A DNA stretch of 63,682 bases, counting the filler, from Octopus bimaculoides (lineage: Eukaryota): NCBI RefSeq assembly GCF_001194135.2. It is 5 parts of 5 records of this genome, joined end to end, with 100 filler letters (N's around TTAATTAATTAA, not from the genome) between each part and the next. Parts side by side here need not be neighbours in the genome. Positions count along the whole stretch, not along the records: positions 1 to 22,387 come from NC_069001.1; 4 more parts are not named here. One strand, written 5' to 3'. Position 1 is the first letter of the stretch, and every line of letters begins with the position of its first letter. This document shows, in pieces, positions 1-13,240 of the stretch. The position numbers were made by a program, and so were the translations under genes. Under the pieces are notes generated by a model. It ran no database searches and had not been told where the DNA came from. It saw only the letters and a list, made by a program, of their open reading frames with translations.

Positions 1-45
<45 letters not shown>

Positions 46-162
46 GTATACATATATGAATGTATATACACAGACAAACACACAAATTCACACACATGCA
101 AATATGCATATATAAGTACATAAAGGCATAAAAATTTGTGTGGCTATATATGTGTGTGTACG

Positions 163-194
<32 letters not shown>

Positions 195-1310
195 CATGCA
201 CACACACACACACATATATATATACATATATAAATACATAAATGTACATATGTGTGTACACAATACACACATATGTACATTTATGTATTTATATATGTAT
301 CACTTTATGTAAATATTTGTATAAACATCCCATTCACATAGCATATAATATCGTATCAATGCAAGTGAATACAAGGAATTAATGTAGTTTAAGTGAAAAG
401 AAAAAAAAAAAAAGAACTCGATACAAAATTGTAGAAACTAATATTTTTTATTAAATAACTGGATTATCTTTCAGTAACACTACAACTATTAGTTTCACCT
501 TCTGCCTTTTCTCAGGTAATGATGCAAACCACCGATACATATCGACTGTTCACAACCACAGCGTGGCTCTGAATGAATATGCATGACGACGCTGTATGCG
601 ATATGCTTAATAAACCAATAATATTTAGCGTTTCTGTGAAAATAGAACCCATTGATAAACTACAGTAATATTGGGAATTGCAAGTGAAGATCAAATAACT
701 AGTTTCGGATCTCATTAGTGACAGTATCATTTACCTCACCCTCTATATAATACACACATACACATATATATACACATATATACACNNNNNNNNNNNNNNN
801 NNNNNNNNNNNNNNNNNNNNNNNNNNNNNNNNNNNNNNNNNNNNNNNNNNNNNNNNNNNNNNNNNNNNNNNNNNNNNNNNNNNNNNNNNNNNNNNNNNNN
901 NNNNNNNNNNNNNNNNNNNNNNNNNNNNNNNNNNNNNNNNNNNNNNNNNNNNNNNNNNNNNNNNNNNNNNNNNNNNNNNNNNNNNNNNNNNNNNNNNNNN
1001 NNNNNNNNNNNNNNNNNNNNNNNNNNNNNNNNNNNNNNNNNNNNNNNNNNNNNNNNNNNNNNNNNNNNNNNNNNNNNNNNNNNNNNNNNNNNNNNNNNNN
1101 NNNNNNNNNNNNNNNNNNNNNNNNNNNNNNNNNNNNNNNNNNNNNNNNNNNNNNNNNNNNNNNNNNNNNNNNNNNNNNNNNNNNNNNNNNNNNNNNNNNN
1201 NNNNNGAAGAAGAAGAAGAAGAAGAAGAAGAAGAAGAAGAAGAAGAAGAAGAAGAAGAAGAAGAAGAAGAAGAAGAAGAAGAAAAAGAAGAAGAAGACGA
1301 TGACGATGAC

Positions 1311-1346
<36 letters not shown>

Positions 1347-1499
1347 AAGCCATTGCGAGCGAGATTTGACAACGAGATGAGAATGAAGCTGGTTGTTTCA
1401 ACACGTGTTAGCGATCGTCTGCAGAAACAGGAATTTGCATTGGTAATCGATAGTACATTACCAAAACCGTAAATAGACTAACTGCTGCTGCTGCTGCTG

Positions 1500-1539
<40 letters not shown>

Positions 1540-1549
1540 AACTACAACA

Positions 1550-1592
<43 letters not shown>

Positions 1593-3705
1593 GAGCGTTA
1601 ATCAAACAATCTGAACGGCACCGCGTTGTATTGATCACGAACAAGATTTGGTTAAAGACTTAACTCTCATTATCATTGCAAAGATAAAAAGCGAAGGTAA
1701 ATGAAAGCAAACAGTAAAAACAACAAAAATCAAGAAGAAGAAGAACAGCAACAACAATCACAAGGACAACAACAAGATCGGCAAAAACAGCAGCAACAAC
1801 AAAAACCGAAACAGCTGCAACAACAAACGAGAAAGATCTGTACATGGTCGATTGACTTCTAAGAAACAGCGACCAGATTTTCACGGGGGCGTAAGGTGGG
1901 ATGTGTGGTTAACTATTGTATATGCTTCCGAATTCGATCTCACAACGGAGGTCTTTGGACAAGTGTTTTCTATTATAGTTTCGCGCCGACAAATAACCTG
2001 CGAAGGAAATTTGAATAAATGAAAACCGTTTGGAATCCTTTGTATGTATGTATGCGTGCAGTTGTACGTACGTATGTATGTATGTATGTATGTATGTATG
2101 TATGTATGTATGTGTTTGTGTGTGTGTGTATACATGTATATTTGTATGCATGTCTGTGTTTGTGTGCTTGTATGTATGTATGTCTTTGTGCGTCCATATT
2201 TATGTGTGTGTGTATGTGTGTGTGTATGTGTATGTGTATATGTGTGTATTTCTTTTTCTCTTTTCAATTCAGAGTAAATTTGGCCACCAGCCAAATAGCA
2301 AGGGTGTGAACGAAATCATCTTATTTTGTTTATCATCCTTCAAATCTTCTGAAGGCCTTGCAGCTTGTTACTGACCCAGGTAACGTGATCATTTGTATTG
2401 TATGAATTAAGGACTTGCCTTCTCTCTCTCTCTCTCTCTCTCCAAAAACCCAAGTTCAGTCAAGCTCTGCTCCACGCGGACTAGTATATTTCGTGTAGCG
2501 TCAATAATAAAAATAGTTTCAAATTTTGCCACAATGACAGTAATTTGGAGGGAAGGGACAAGTGGATAACATCGATCCCCAATGTTCAAATGGTACCTAG
2601 TTTATCGACTACTACTACTACCACCACCACCACCACCACTACTACATTATTTTGACATCTGATTGAACTGTCAACCTCTTCACTAATTAAACTTCACCCA
2701 TTAATCAGATCGACAAATGTGTTAAGGTTATACAGTAAAACTCTGATCTGCCGCATGTGCTAGGATCGGTGTACACGCACCTCCCACTGCACCCCACCTC
2801 CACCAGCACACGAACACACCCAAACCCACAAACACAGACACACAGATACACAGACACAGACACACGCACACACACACATTTATTCATGTATGTATGTATA
2901 TATGTATGTATGTATGTATATATGTTTGTGCGTGTCTGCGGAGGTGTATCTGTATAGATGCGTATGNNNNNNNNNNNNNNNNNNNNNNNNNNNNNNNNNN
3001 NNNNNNNNNNNNNNNNNNNNNNNNNNNNNNNNNNNNNNNNNNNNNNNNNNNNNNNNNNNNNNNNNNNNNNNNNNNNNNNNNNNNNNNNNNNNNNNNNNNN
3101 NNNNNNNNNNNNNNNNNNNNNNNNNNNNNNNNNNNNNNNNNNNNNNNNNNNNNNNNNNNNNNNNNNNNNNNNNNNNNNNNNNNNNNNNNNNNNNNNNNNN
3201 NNNNNNNNNNNNNNNNNNNNNNNNNNNNNNNNNNNNNNNNNNNNNNNNNNNNNNNNNNNNNNNNNNNNNNNNNNNNNNNNNNNNNNNNNNNNNNNNNNNN
3301 NNNNNNNNNNNNNNNNNNNNNNNNNNNNNNNNNNNNNNNNNNNNNNNNNNNNNNNNNNNNNNNNNNNNNNNNNNNNNNNNNNNNNNNNNNNNNNNNNNNN
3401 NNNNNNNNNNNNNNNNNNNNNNNNNNNNNNNNNNNNNNNNNNNNNNNNNNNNNNNNNNNNNNNNNNNNNNNNNNNNNNNNNNNNNNNNNNNNNNNNNNNN
3501 NNNNNNNNNNNNNNNNNNNNNNNNNNNNNNNNNNNNNNNNNNNNNNNNNNNNNNNNNNNNNNNNNNNNNNNNNNNNNNNNNNNNNNNNNNNNNNNNNNNN
3601 NNNNNNNNNNNNNNNNNNNNNNNNNNNNNNNNNNNNNNNNNNNNNNNNNNNNNNNNAATAATAATGATAATAATAATAATGATAATAATAATAATAATAA
3701 TAATG

Positions 3706-3764
<59 letters not shown>

Positions 3765-3787
3765 TATTATTATTATTATTATTATGA

Positions 3788-4083
3788 GATAGAGAATAGG
3801 AAGCCAGACAGTCTTAATTGAGAAAGAAAGCAAACTATGCTGGATTATAGATAAAGGTATGCGATAAGGAAGAAAGAAAAGTTGAGAGATATGACAGGTT
3901 AGCTTGGGAAGTTAAGCAGTTGTCGTCGATGAAAAAGGTGGTAGTAGTACCAATAATTGTCGGAGCCCTTGGAACAGCAGCAAAAGTCTCGAGAAGTACG
4001 TGGAACAAATAGGGGCTGCAATAAGGGTGGATGACTTGCAGAAAACAGCACTGCTTGGAACTGCTCGAATACTCCGGAAGGTG
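3788..4083 (+). mobile_element. R4/Dong-like non-LTR retrotransposon 3' fragment (RLE endonuclease), decayed
   Basis: Frameshifted translation IENRKPD...RYDRLAWEVKQLSSMKKVVVVPIIVGALGT...EKYVEQIGAAIRVDDLQKTALLGTARILRKV matches the PD...K..Y..L...W...PIVIGALG...LQKxALLGTAxILRK C-terminus of RLE-type LINEs. It follows a long (TAA)n tract. Confidence 0.85.
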
Positions 4084-4093
4084 NNNNNNNNNN

Positions 4094-4135
<42 letters not shown>

Positions 4136-5127
4136 ATGTATTTGTTTCCCTTCCGTGTTTTTGTTTTGTGTGCAAACATTGGTTATTTAATCCTGAAAGG
4201 CATTGGATATAATGTAATAGATATTGGTGACTTGGGATAGGAACAGCACCCCCAACACCACCACCACCACCAACAGCACCACAACAACAACAGCAACAAC
4301 AACAACTACTACTACTACTACTGCTACTGCTGCTGCTGTTGCTTCTACTACTGCTACTACTACTACTGCTGCTACTACTGCTGCTGCTGCTACTGCTACT
4401 ACTACTACTACTACTACTACTACTAATAATAATAATAATAATGATAATAATAATAATGATAATAATAATAATANNNNNNNNNNNNNNNNNNNNNNNNNNN
4501 NNNNNNNNNNNNNNNNNNNNNNNNNNNNNNNNNNNNNNNNNNNNNNNNNNNNNNNNNNNNNNNNNNNNNNNNNNNNNNNNNNNNNNNNNNNNNNNNNNNN
4601 NNNNNNNNNNNNNNNNNNNNNNNNNNNNNNNNNNNNNNNNNNNNNNNNNNNNNNNNNNNNNNNNNNNNNNNNNNNNNNNNNNNNNNNNNNNNNNNNNNNN
4701 NNNNNNNNNNNNNNNNNNNNNNNNNNNNNNNNNNNNNNNNNNNNNNNNNNNNNNNNNNNNNNNNNNNNNNNNNNNNNNNNNNNNNNNNNNNNNNNNNNNN
4801 NNNNNNNNNNNNNNNNNNNNNNNNNNNNNNNNNNNNNNNNNNNNNNNNNNNNNNNNNNNNNNNNNNNNNNNNNNNNNNNNNNNNNNNNNNNNNNNNNNNN
4901 NNNNNNNNNNNNNNNNNNNNNNNNNNNNNNNNNNNNNNNNNNNNNNNNNNNNNNNNNNNNNNNNNNNNNNNNNNNNNNNNNNNNNNNNNNNNNNNNNNNN
5001 NNNNNNNNNNNNNNNNNNNNNNNNNNNNNNNNNNNNNNNNNNNNNNNNNNNNNNNNNNNNNNNNNNNNNNNNNNNNNNNNNNNNNNNNNNNNNNNNNNNN
5101 NNNNNNNNNNNNNNNNNNNNNNNNNNN

Positions 5128-5197
<70 letters not shown>

Positions 5198-6199
5198 ATA
5201 CATAATAAAAATTGGGGGAAAAAATAGAGAAGTGGTTTGAAGACTCGGTTGATAAGCATTAATAAATCAGTAGACATGTAGTGTTTCTGTTATTTGCATA
5301 AGAATCCAATTTTGATGAACAAATGCAATCAGAAGCGGATTATTTACGTTGTAGAGATTTAACACCACGGAGGTAGGAGGAAGAGAAGGAGGAGGAGGAG
5401 GAGGAGGAGGAGGCGGAGGCGATCTCTAAAGATATACAATCTGTTGGTTTTTGATTGATAGGTCGGTCGGTGTGATGATTAGATAAAGGGGCGATGACTA
5501 TCACACACACACACACACACAAACACACGCACACACATACAGCAATACATAAACACGTATATATATATATATTCACATATTTATTGGTGTATTTAGAAAT
5601 AGGTATGTGTTTACTATACACGGCGCCGTGTTGATCGTTGATTAATCCTTAACCTGATATTGTACTCAATACGAAACGTAGACTCAGATTTGTATTTTCT
5701 TTTGTTTATTTGTTTTCGATCAACGAAATTGTGACTGTTTGATCTGAATAAGCCAGTCATATGACGAATTTATGTATAACTGTTATTATTTCATTGATAC
5801 AAAAATAAAAATTCAAACTTGGAGGTAAGCGTGAGAAATGAACGTGTGGCTAACAAAAACTCCCTTTTATAGTTAAATACTTGCAATAAACTGTATTGAC
5901 AGGAGTTCATTGAATAAAATATACGTTTCTTTCTTTCGTGTATTCAATAAATGATATATTAGTTACAATTTATGTATAATAGCTAACTAAATGACCTGTC
6001 ACTGTTTTAACGAAATACAGGTGCAGTGAAGGTATTTAAACAGATAATTAGATATGGCATGCATGTCATAATGAACAAAGAGAGAGAGAGAGAGGAGGTG
6101 GGAGGAGGACTACAAAGAGTGGGAGGGAGACAAAAAGCAGAATTCGAAAACTAAGTTTGCTGTAAGCCGTAGATCTACTGAAACATTTTATATTCTGTT

Positions 6200-6290
6200 G
6201 CTGCTGTTGTCGTTATTTAGCTCCAGTTTTAATCTTATCGACACTATTTTGGATCAAAGACGTTCCATGCGTGACTTTATAATCTTGTTT
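6200..6290. repeat. Fragment of an interspersed repeat; related copy in opposite orientation at ~59325-59415
   Basis: tttagctccag...ggatcaaagacgttccatgcgtgac resembles the reverse complement of ggcccggaatacctttag...gatctggctgacctggggttgaagagcaacaa. Confidence 0.35.
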
Positions 6291-6302
6291 CCAGATATAA
6301 TA

Positions 6303-6782
6303 CAAGTCGTCGTAGACTTACGACCGATCGATTTTACGACGATCGGCGCGCCAGCTCCCGGCAGCAATAATATATAATCCAGTTGAAATCTAATGGGTAT
6401 AATTTCTTAGAAATTTCTTAGAAATTAAACCCATGAGGTTCAGAAATTAACCGGTCTATGGATGACGCCAGCTTACAAACGCTTACTCTAGGTTTGGTTA
6501 TCGATCGCCACTGTGGTTATCCAAAGTATTGGACGAATATCCTGTCGCGGAGACATCGAGGCAGCCTCGTATTTGCTTATTAGATGACGGCTTGAGAGTT
6601 CAAACAAATAACACTGTTGTAGTATAATACAGAATGCTGCGTGTGACTTTTACCAGAGAATGCACCTTAAGAATGTAAAAATATAAAACAAAGCTATGTA
6701 GACCTGTAGGTCGACTTACGACCAAATCGACTTACGACCAGTCTGTCGGGACCAATTATGGTCGTAAGTCGACAACGACCTG
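6303..6782. mobile_element. Tigger/pogo-like MITE (Tc1/mariner superfamily), 480 bp
   Basis: TA|CAAGTCGTCGTAGACTTACGACC ... GGTCGTAAGTCGACAACGACCTG|TA: ~23-bp TIRs with 3 mismatches, TA target duplication, and subterminal GACTTACGACC repeats at ~6315, 6713 and 6729. Confidence 0.85.
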
Positions 6783-7531
6783 TATTCTTGTAAAGTGGGT
6801 TCCTCCCACTGGTGTAATGTGTGACTACTGTTGTATCGTAGTTGCTGTTTTACGCTAGTAGCCACAACAGTTACTAGTAATCGGATATCGTTGTATATCA
6901 TCGTACCGGAATAGTAATACACTTACTTCTTCTGTCTTACTATCGCTGATAGCTCCACAAGACACCGACTAGAACTGTAGAGTCTCAACCCTTCGACTGT
7001 CGACCTTCTATTGACGACCGGCTACTGGTCTATCACTTTTTACCGGGAGAGGTATACAGCTTCACTATTACAACAAGTATATTTAGGACTACGTTATCCC
7101 ACGTGTCTCGATACAGAAAAGGTTGGGATACTGTGGTCTAAAGTAATATTGAGAGAAGTCTAGAGTGTAGTGAAGAGCAACCACAGTCTGAAGTGATGTT
7201 GAGTGGAGTGTAAAAATCGTGTTAAGGACTAGCTTATACCCTGGAGCAATTTTGAGTGAAGTCGATAGGTTGTGGGATACAATGGCTACCGTTTGAAGTG
7301 ATGTTGAGTGTAGGTCTACATCTTACACTAATAAAGAGTGGTTACAGACCCAATGAATGTTTAGTGCATTTTACACACATGGTCTTTGTTATTCTCGTCA
7401 ATAGAAGCTAAATTACAGTGTTTCTAAGATGTCTTCTTCAAATTACTATTTAATTTTTTTTAATCTGGGATACATTGAACAATTTATTCCTTTGCTTTAA
7501 CTTTAGTGGCATTGTTTTGTGTAAGTAATAG

Positions 7532-7592
<61 letters not shown>

Positions 7593-7729
7593 GGTGCTTG
7601 TTGAAGTGACAAAATAAATAAGGTACATACGAAGCCTTTATTGGATAAACATTGGTTTTATGGTCGATTCAGATTTTGAAATGGTGCCAAAATCATTAAA
7701 TAGACATATAATAACGATGTTACTTAGCA

Positions 7730-7779
<50 letters not shown>

Positions 7780-7782
7780 GTA

Positions 7783-7819
<37 letters not shown>

Positions 7820-8076
7820 CGATGATGATGATGATGATGGTTATATGGGAAGACAGCGAACCTCTTCCTAACAACAAGAATGCAGTTCTTTTTACGCAAT
7901 AAACAGTAAAGGATATAATTTAATGAAAACAGCTTTGTTTTTATCTGAGTAATTTCTAGAATTTCAAGAGAGGCGGTGACATACATACATACATACATAC
8001 ATACATACAAATACATACATACATACAAATACATACATACACATTACGTTAGTCTCTGGGGTCCGAGAGAGGCGGT

Positions 8077-8214
8077 TACTCTCTTTTACTCTCTTTACTC
8101 TTTTACTTGTTTCAGTCATTTGACTGCGGCCATGCCGGAGCACCGCCTTTAGTCGAGCAAATCGACCCCGGGATTTATTCTTTGTAAGCCTAGTACTTAT
8201 TCTACCGGTCTCTT
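8077..8214 (-). mobile_element. SINE family 1, 3' module (truncated by gap)
   Basis: tactcttttacttgtttcagtcatttgactgcggccatg...tcgaccccgg...tagtacttattctaccggtctctt, near-identical to copies at 19010 and 59852. Confidence 0.9.
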
Positions 8215-8529
8215 NNNNNNNNNNNNNNNNNNNNNNNNNNNNNNNNNNNNNNNNNNNNNNNNNNNNNNNNNNNNNNNNNNNNNNNNNNNNNNNNNNNNNN
8301 NNNNNNNNNNNNNNNNNNNNNNNNNNNNNNNNNNNNNNNNNNNNNNNNNNNNNNNNNNNNNNNNNNNNNNNNNNNNNNNNNNNNNNNNNNNNNNNNNNNN
8401 NNNNNNNNNNNNNNNNNNNNNNNNNNNNNNNNNNNNNNNNNNNNNNNNNNNNNNNNNNNNNNNNNNNNNNNNNNNNNNNNNNNNNNNNNNNNNNNNNNNN
8501 NNNNNNNNNNNNNNNNNNNNNNNNNNNNN

Positions 8530-8563
<34 letters not shown>

Positions 8564-8904
8564 GCACACATACATATATTTTTAGAAACATGCTTACTAA
8601 GAGTCTTTCTAATCGTTTCCAACAGAAACGTTCTGTTCAGTGTACAATAAAAGTTTATTAGAATCATAATTATAGGCAATTAATATTCAGCATGTGTGAC
8701 ACATTAAATTAATGCTTCACATTTAATTTAACCTGTAGTTCAGCAATTGCTTTAACTAGATGGGGTGAATTGAGACCTACGTATGCATGTATATATGTAG
8801 GTAGGTATGTGATTAGGGGGAGGGAGTGAAAGAGAAGGCAGGCAGGTGGTTCAGTTGGAAGGTGAGTAGGTAGGTAGGCATGTAGGCATGTACGTTCATA
8901 CATG

Positions 8905-8961
<57 letters not shown>

Positions 8962-9692
8962 GACGTGCGTTCCATAAATGTCCGTCTTTATTTTTCTCCC
9001 CGTCAAAACTAGTGCTGTGATGGCAAAATCCATTGGGTGACAGTTGAGGCCATCCTTCCTGCACAGGCGGGAAACATTTTTGTGCCGGTGGGTTGCTTCA
9101 TTTTCCAGTTGTGACACTTAAAGTACAGACGTCTAGGGCGCGCTCGCCGGATTTTCATTTACACGCAAGATGACGGAGCGCGCTCGAGCAGAGGATATTT
9201 GTCAAGATTTTGCTGATACTCAAGATCAAACCATCTAGAAGATAACACTTCAAATATGGCCGCACCTCGGTAGTACTTCTTTTATCATTGGACGGCTTCC
9301 CTCATAGTAAATTTACAGCATAAAGTTCCATTGTATGTACGAGACATCTTCGATGATGCATATGACAACATCAATATGAATTCTTTCTTTTCTGTCAGTG
9401 CGAAAATACGAGATAGGAGTATCATTGCATTAGTTGTGTCTGTAAGTGCTATGCATGTTGCTTAATTGTATAAGAAATGATCTGTCAGGTAAAGATATTT
9501 GCATCTGTTCTTGAGTTGTATGTAACAAGACTCTTATATGCTATATAACGCATTCAGTTCTTTGTCATCCTGTTCGATGTATTACCGTATACATAATCAC
9601 ATTTTCGAAGGACAATGATGGCAAACTACTAACAAATGATGTGTGTGTGTGCATACATATATACACATATATAAACATATAAACATATGTAC

Positions 9693-9725
<33 letters not shown>

Positions 9726-9938
9726 NNNNNNNNNNNNNNNNNNNNNNNNNNNNNNNNNNNNNNNNNNNNNNNNNNNNNNNNNNNNNNNNNNNNNNNNNNN
9801 NNNNNNNNNNNNNNNNNNNNNNNNNNNNNNNNNNNNNNNNNNNNNNNNNNNNNNNNNNNNNNNNNNNNNNNNNNNNNNNNNNNNNNNNNNNNNNNNNNNN
9901 NNNNNNNNNNNNNNNNNNNNNNNNNNNNTATATATATA

Positions 9939-9969
<31 letters not shown>

Positions 9970-10479
9970 AGATATATACATATACATATATATACACAAA
10001 TAATAGATGCATACTTCCATACATAAATATATTACATTTATATGTATGTGTGTATAAATAGATATACCTATCTACCTACTAGTATACATACATATATATA
10101 CACATACATGCGTATACATGCACATTCATACATACATACATACATACATACATACATACATACTACACATATGTAATTGCGTTAAAGTAATTACGTTGAA
10201 CAGTGTTTTATATTAGCTTTCGTTATATTAAGTTAGTGACTGCTTGTACAAGAATAAATACACACACGTTTACAAGCATCCTTATATGTGTGTGTGTGTG
10301 TATGTATTATATACGTACTTTTGCATATACTAAATATTCGTACACATACCGAGATGCGTATTCGCAGGTGCGAGAGTACATGCGTGTGTGTGTACTTTAA
10401 TTAACATTCGGTTAGTTAATAAGCATGAATTAAGCCTCGCCCCACAATTTGATGCCAAGACAAAACTACAGGGCTGTGG

Positions 10480-11077
10480 TGCGTGTGTGGCGCGTGTGTG
10501 TGTATGTGCGTGTATTTGTGTATCTGTGCTTGTGTGTCTATGGGTATATGCCTGTGTGTGTGTGTTTGTGTGTGTGTGCTTATGTGTTTGTGTGTGTGTG
10601 TGTGTGTGTATTTGTGTTTATGTGTTTGTGTGTGTGTGTGTGCATGTGTATGTGTGTGTTTGTGCGTGTGTTTGTGTATGCTTCTGTCTGTGTGCGTTGT
10701 GTGTGTACCCGTGTATGTGTGTGTATGAATTTTCAGGTGTGTGTATGTTAGTGTGTATGTATGAATTCGCAGGTATGTATGTGTGTTTGTGTGCTTGTGT
10801 GTGCATGTGTGTGCGTGCGTGTGTGTGTATGTGTCTCTGTGTGTGTCTTGGTGTGCTTGTGTCTGTATGTCTGTGTGTATGTGTTTGTGTGCTTGTGTAT
10901 GCATGTGTGTGGATGATTTTGCTAGTATGTCTGTGTGTGTGTAATAGTGTGTATGAGAGTGCGAAAGAGTTTGCAGGAGTCTGTATGTCTGTGTGTGTGT
11001 TTGTATGCTTGTATCCCTGTGTGTGTGTGTTTGTGTGTATGTTTCACTATTTGTGTGCGTGCGTGTTTGTATGCTTG

Positions 11078-11116
<39 letters not shown>

Positions 11117-11181
11117 ATGTTCGTATGTGTGTCTCTCAGTGTGTGAATCTGTGTGTATGTGTGCGTGTTCGTGTGGATGTG
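10480..11181 (+). repeat. Degenerate (TG)n-rich compound microsatellite block
   Basis: ~700 bp of TG/TATG/TGCG units; source of several C/V-rich spurious ORFs. Confidence 0.95.
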
Positions 11182-11509
11182 NNNNNNNNNNNNNNNNNNN
11201 NNNNNNNNNNNNNNNNNNNNNNNNNNNNNNNNNNNNNNNNNNNNNNNNNNNNNNNNNNNNNNNNNNNNNNNNNNNNNNNNNNNNNNNNNNNNNNNNNNNN
11301 NNNNNNNNNNNNNNNNNNNNNNNNNNNNNNNNNNNNNNNNNNNNNNNNNNNNNNNNNNNNNNNNNNNNNNNNNNNNNNNNNNNNNNNNNNNNNNNNNNNN
11401 NNNNNNNNNNNNNNNNNNNNNNNNNNNNNNNNNNNNNNNNNNNNNNNNNNNNNNNNNNNNNNNNNNNNNACTAATTTCACAAATTTGTGGTGCTTTTCAC
11501 TTGCATCTA

Positions 11510-11536
11510 CAACAACAACTACTACTACTACTACTA

Positions 11537-11573
<37 letters not shown>

Positions 11574-11593
11574 CACTACTACTACTACTACTT

Positions 11594-11654
<61 letters not shown>

Positions 11655-11679
11655 CACTACTACTACTACTACTACCACC

Positions 11680-11734
<55 letters not shown>

Positions 11735-12260
11735 TTACCGCCTCTGCTGCTGCTGCTGCTACTGGTGTTTGTGATGGTGGTGGTAACGATCATGATGACG
11801 ATGGTGATGGTGGTGCTGCTGATTCTGCTGATGATAATGATGATGATGAGGATGATGATGATGAGGAGGAGGAGGAGGAGAAGGAAGTGGAAGATAAAGA
11901 TGATGATGACGATGACGATGATGATGATTGAGGTGGAGGTATACTTTGTGGCGACGGCAGCGGTGACGGTGTTGGTGATGATAATGATGGTGATGACGAG
12001 GAGGAGGAGGAGGAGGAGGAGGAAGTAGAAGAAGATTAGAGCGATGATGATGATGATGAAACTGGTGATGGTCGTGGCTTATAATAATGATGACGATGAT
12101 GGTGATAATGATGAATGAAGTAAACGTAGACATGGTGGCAGCGGTAGCGGTGATGGTAGTGGGGATGATGATGATGATGATGATGATGGTGATGATGGTG
12201 ATGAAAATTATATTTTGTGATCGTAGTGGTGGTGACGATAATGACGACGACGACGATGTT
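11510..12260 (+). repeat. Compound trinucleotide microsatellites (CTA/CCA/CTG, then GAT/GGT/GAG)
   Basis: Directly visible triplet tracts. Confidence 0.95.
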
Positions 12261-12269
12261 AATCATAAC

Positions 12270-12783
12270 GGTTTCAAATTCTGGCGCAAGGTTTAGCAAG
12301 TCCGAAGGAAGGGCATGAGTCGATCACATCGACCCCAGTACTCAACTGGTACTTACTTTACCGACCCTGAAAGCATGAACGCCAAAGTGGACCTCGGTGG
12401 AATTTGAGCGCAGAACATAAAGGCGGACGAAATGGCGATGAGCATTTTGCCCCATGTGCTAATGGTGCTGCCTACCCGCCGCCTTAGTTAACATCGGTGG
12501 AGTTTGAACTCAGAACTTGAGGACGGACTAAATGCCGCAAAGCATCTTGATCTGCGTGCTAACGTTTCTTTTCTACTCTAGGCACAAGGCCTGAAATTTT
12601 GGAGGAGGGGGGGCCAATCGATTAGATCGACCCCAGTACACAACTGGTACTTAATTTATCGCCCCCGAAAGGATTAAAAGCAAAATCGACCTCGGCAGAA
12701 TTTGAACTCAGAACGTAAAGACCGACGAAATGTCGCTAAGCATTTCTCCCGGCGTGCTAACGTTTCTACCAGTTCGCCACCTT
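12270..12783 (-). mobile_element. Three tandem copies of SINE family 2 (tRNA head plus Meta-like central domain)
   Basis: Units at ~12270-12485, ~12490-12565 (head only) and ~12567-12783. Each has gaatttgaactcagaac (B-box on minus). The two long units carry atcgaccccag...ctggtactt...cgaccc(c)gaaag. Confidence 0.9.
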
Positions 12784-12799
12784 AATGACGCTAATAATA

Positions 12800-13047
12800 T
12801 TGGTTTGGTGCATAATTATTGAGGCTTTTTTTCAACAAATTTTATTCAACAAAAATAATAACAATATTTAACAAAACCATCTTTAAATGATGGTCTAACC
12901 GTCTTCAAAGCGAATGGGGAGCCGTAATTGAAGTAGATGATGAATATGCTCCGGAATTTTCATTTAAAGATGTTTTTGTTACATGTTAATGTTTTTGTTG
13001 AATAAAAGTTGTTGAAAAAACGCCGCAATAATTATGCACAAATCCAA
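12800..13047. mobile_element. mariner-type MITE (Made1-like TIR), 248 bp
   Basis: TA|TTGGTTTGGTGCATAATTATTGAGGC ... GCCGCAATAATTATGCACAAATCCAA|TA. Inverted similarity extends ~68 bp. The termini resemble the mariner TIR TTAGGTTGGTGCAAAAGTAATTGCGG. Confidence 0.9.
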
Positions 13048-13127
13048 TATTAAACAGCAATAACAAATAACGAAAAAAGGAAACTGTTTTCAACTGTTTG
13101 GATCGAGAAATGTTGATGATTGCCCCT

Positions 13128-13240
13128 CGAAACAAAGTTGACCTCATCCGAAATCTTGAAATAGAAACCGGGAAAATGTGGAAACTCAAGACAACAATAT
13201 ATGTTGTCCTAGGTGCCCTAGGAATGATTATTACTTGTCT
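13128..13240 (+). mobile_element. Old R4/Dong-like RLE fragment
   Basis: NKVDLIRNLEIETGKMWKLKTTIYVVLGALGMI parallels KYKDLEIEVTRMWNLKTETIPIIVGALGII. Confidence 0.7.

Noticed and set aside
494-630. Minus-strand exon-like segment NAKYYWFIKH...GGLHHYLRKGRR
   Set aside because: The GGLHH resemblance to HDACs is only five residues, the donor is weak and no partner exons were found.
5654-5690. ctgatattgtactcaatacgaaacgta, hammerhead-like
   Set aside because: The CUGANGA core is incomplete and there is no stem I.
5891-6019. Imperfect inverted repeat (ctgtatt-gacagg ... cctgtca ... aatacag)
   Set aside because: Short, interrupted stems in AT-rich DNA; plausible by chance.
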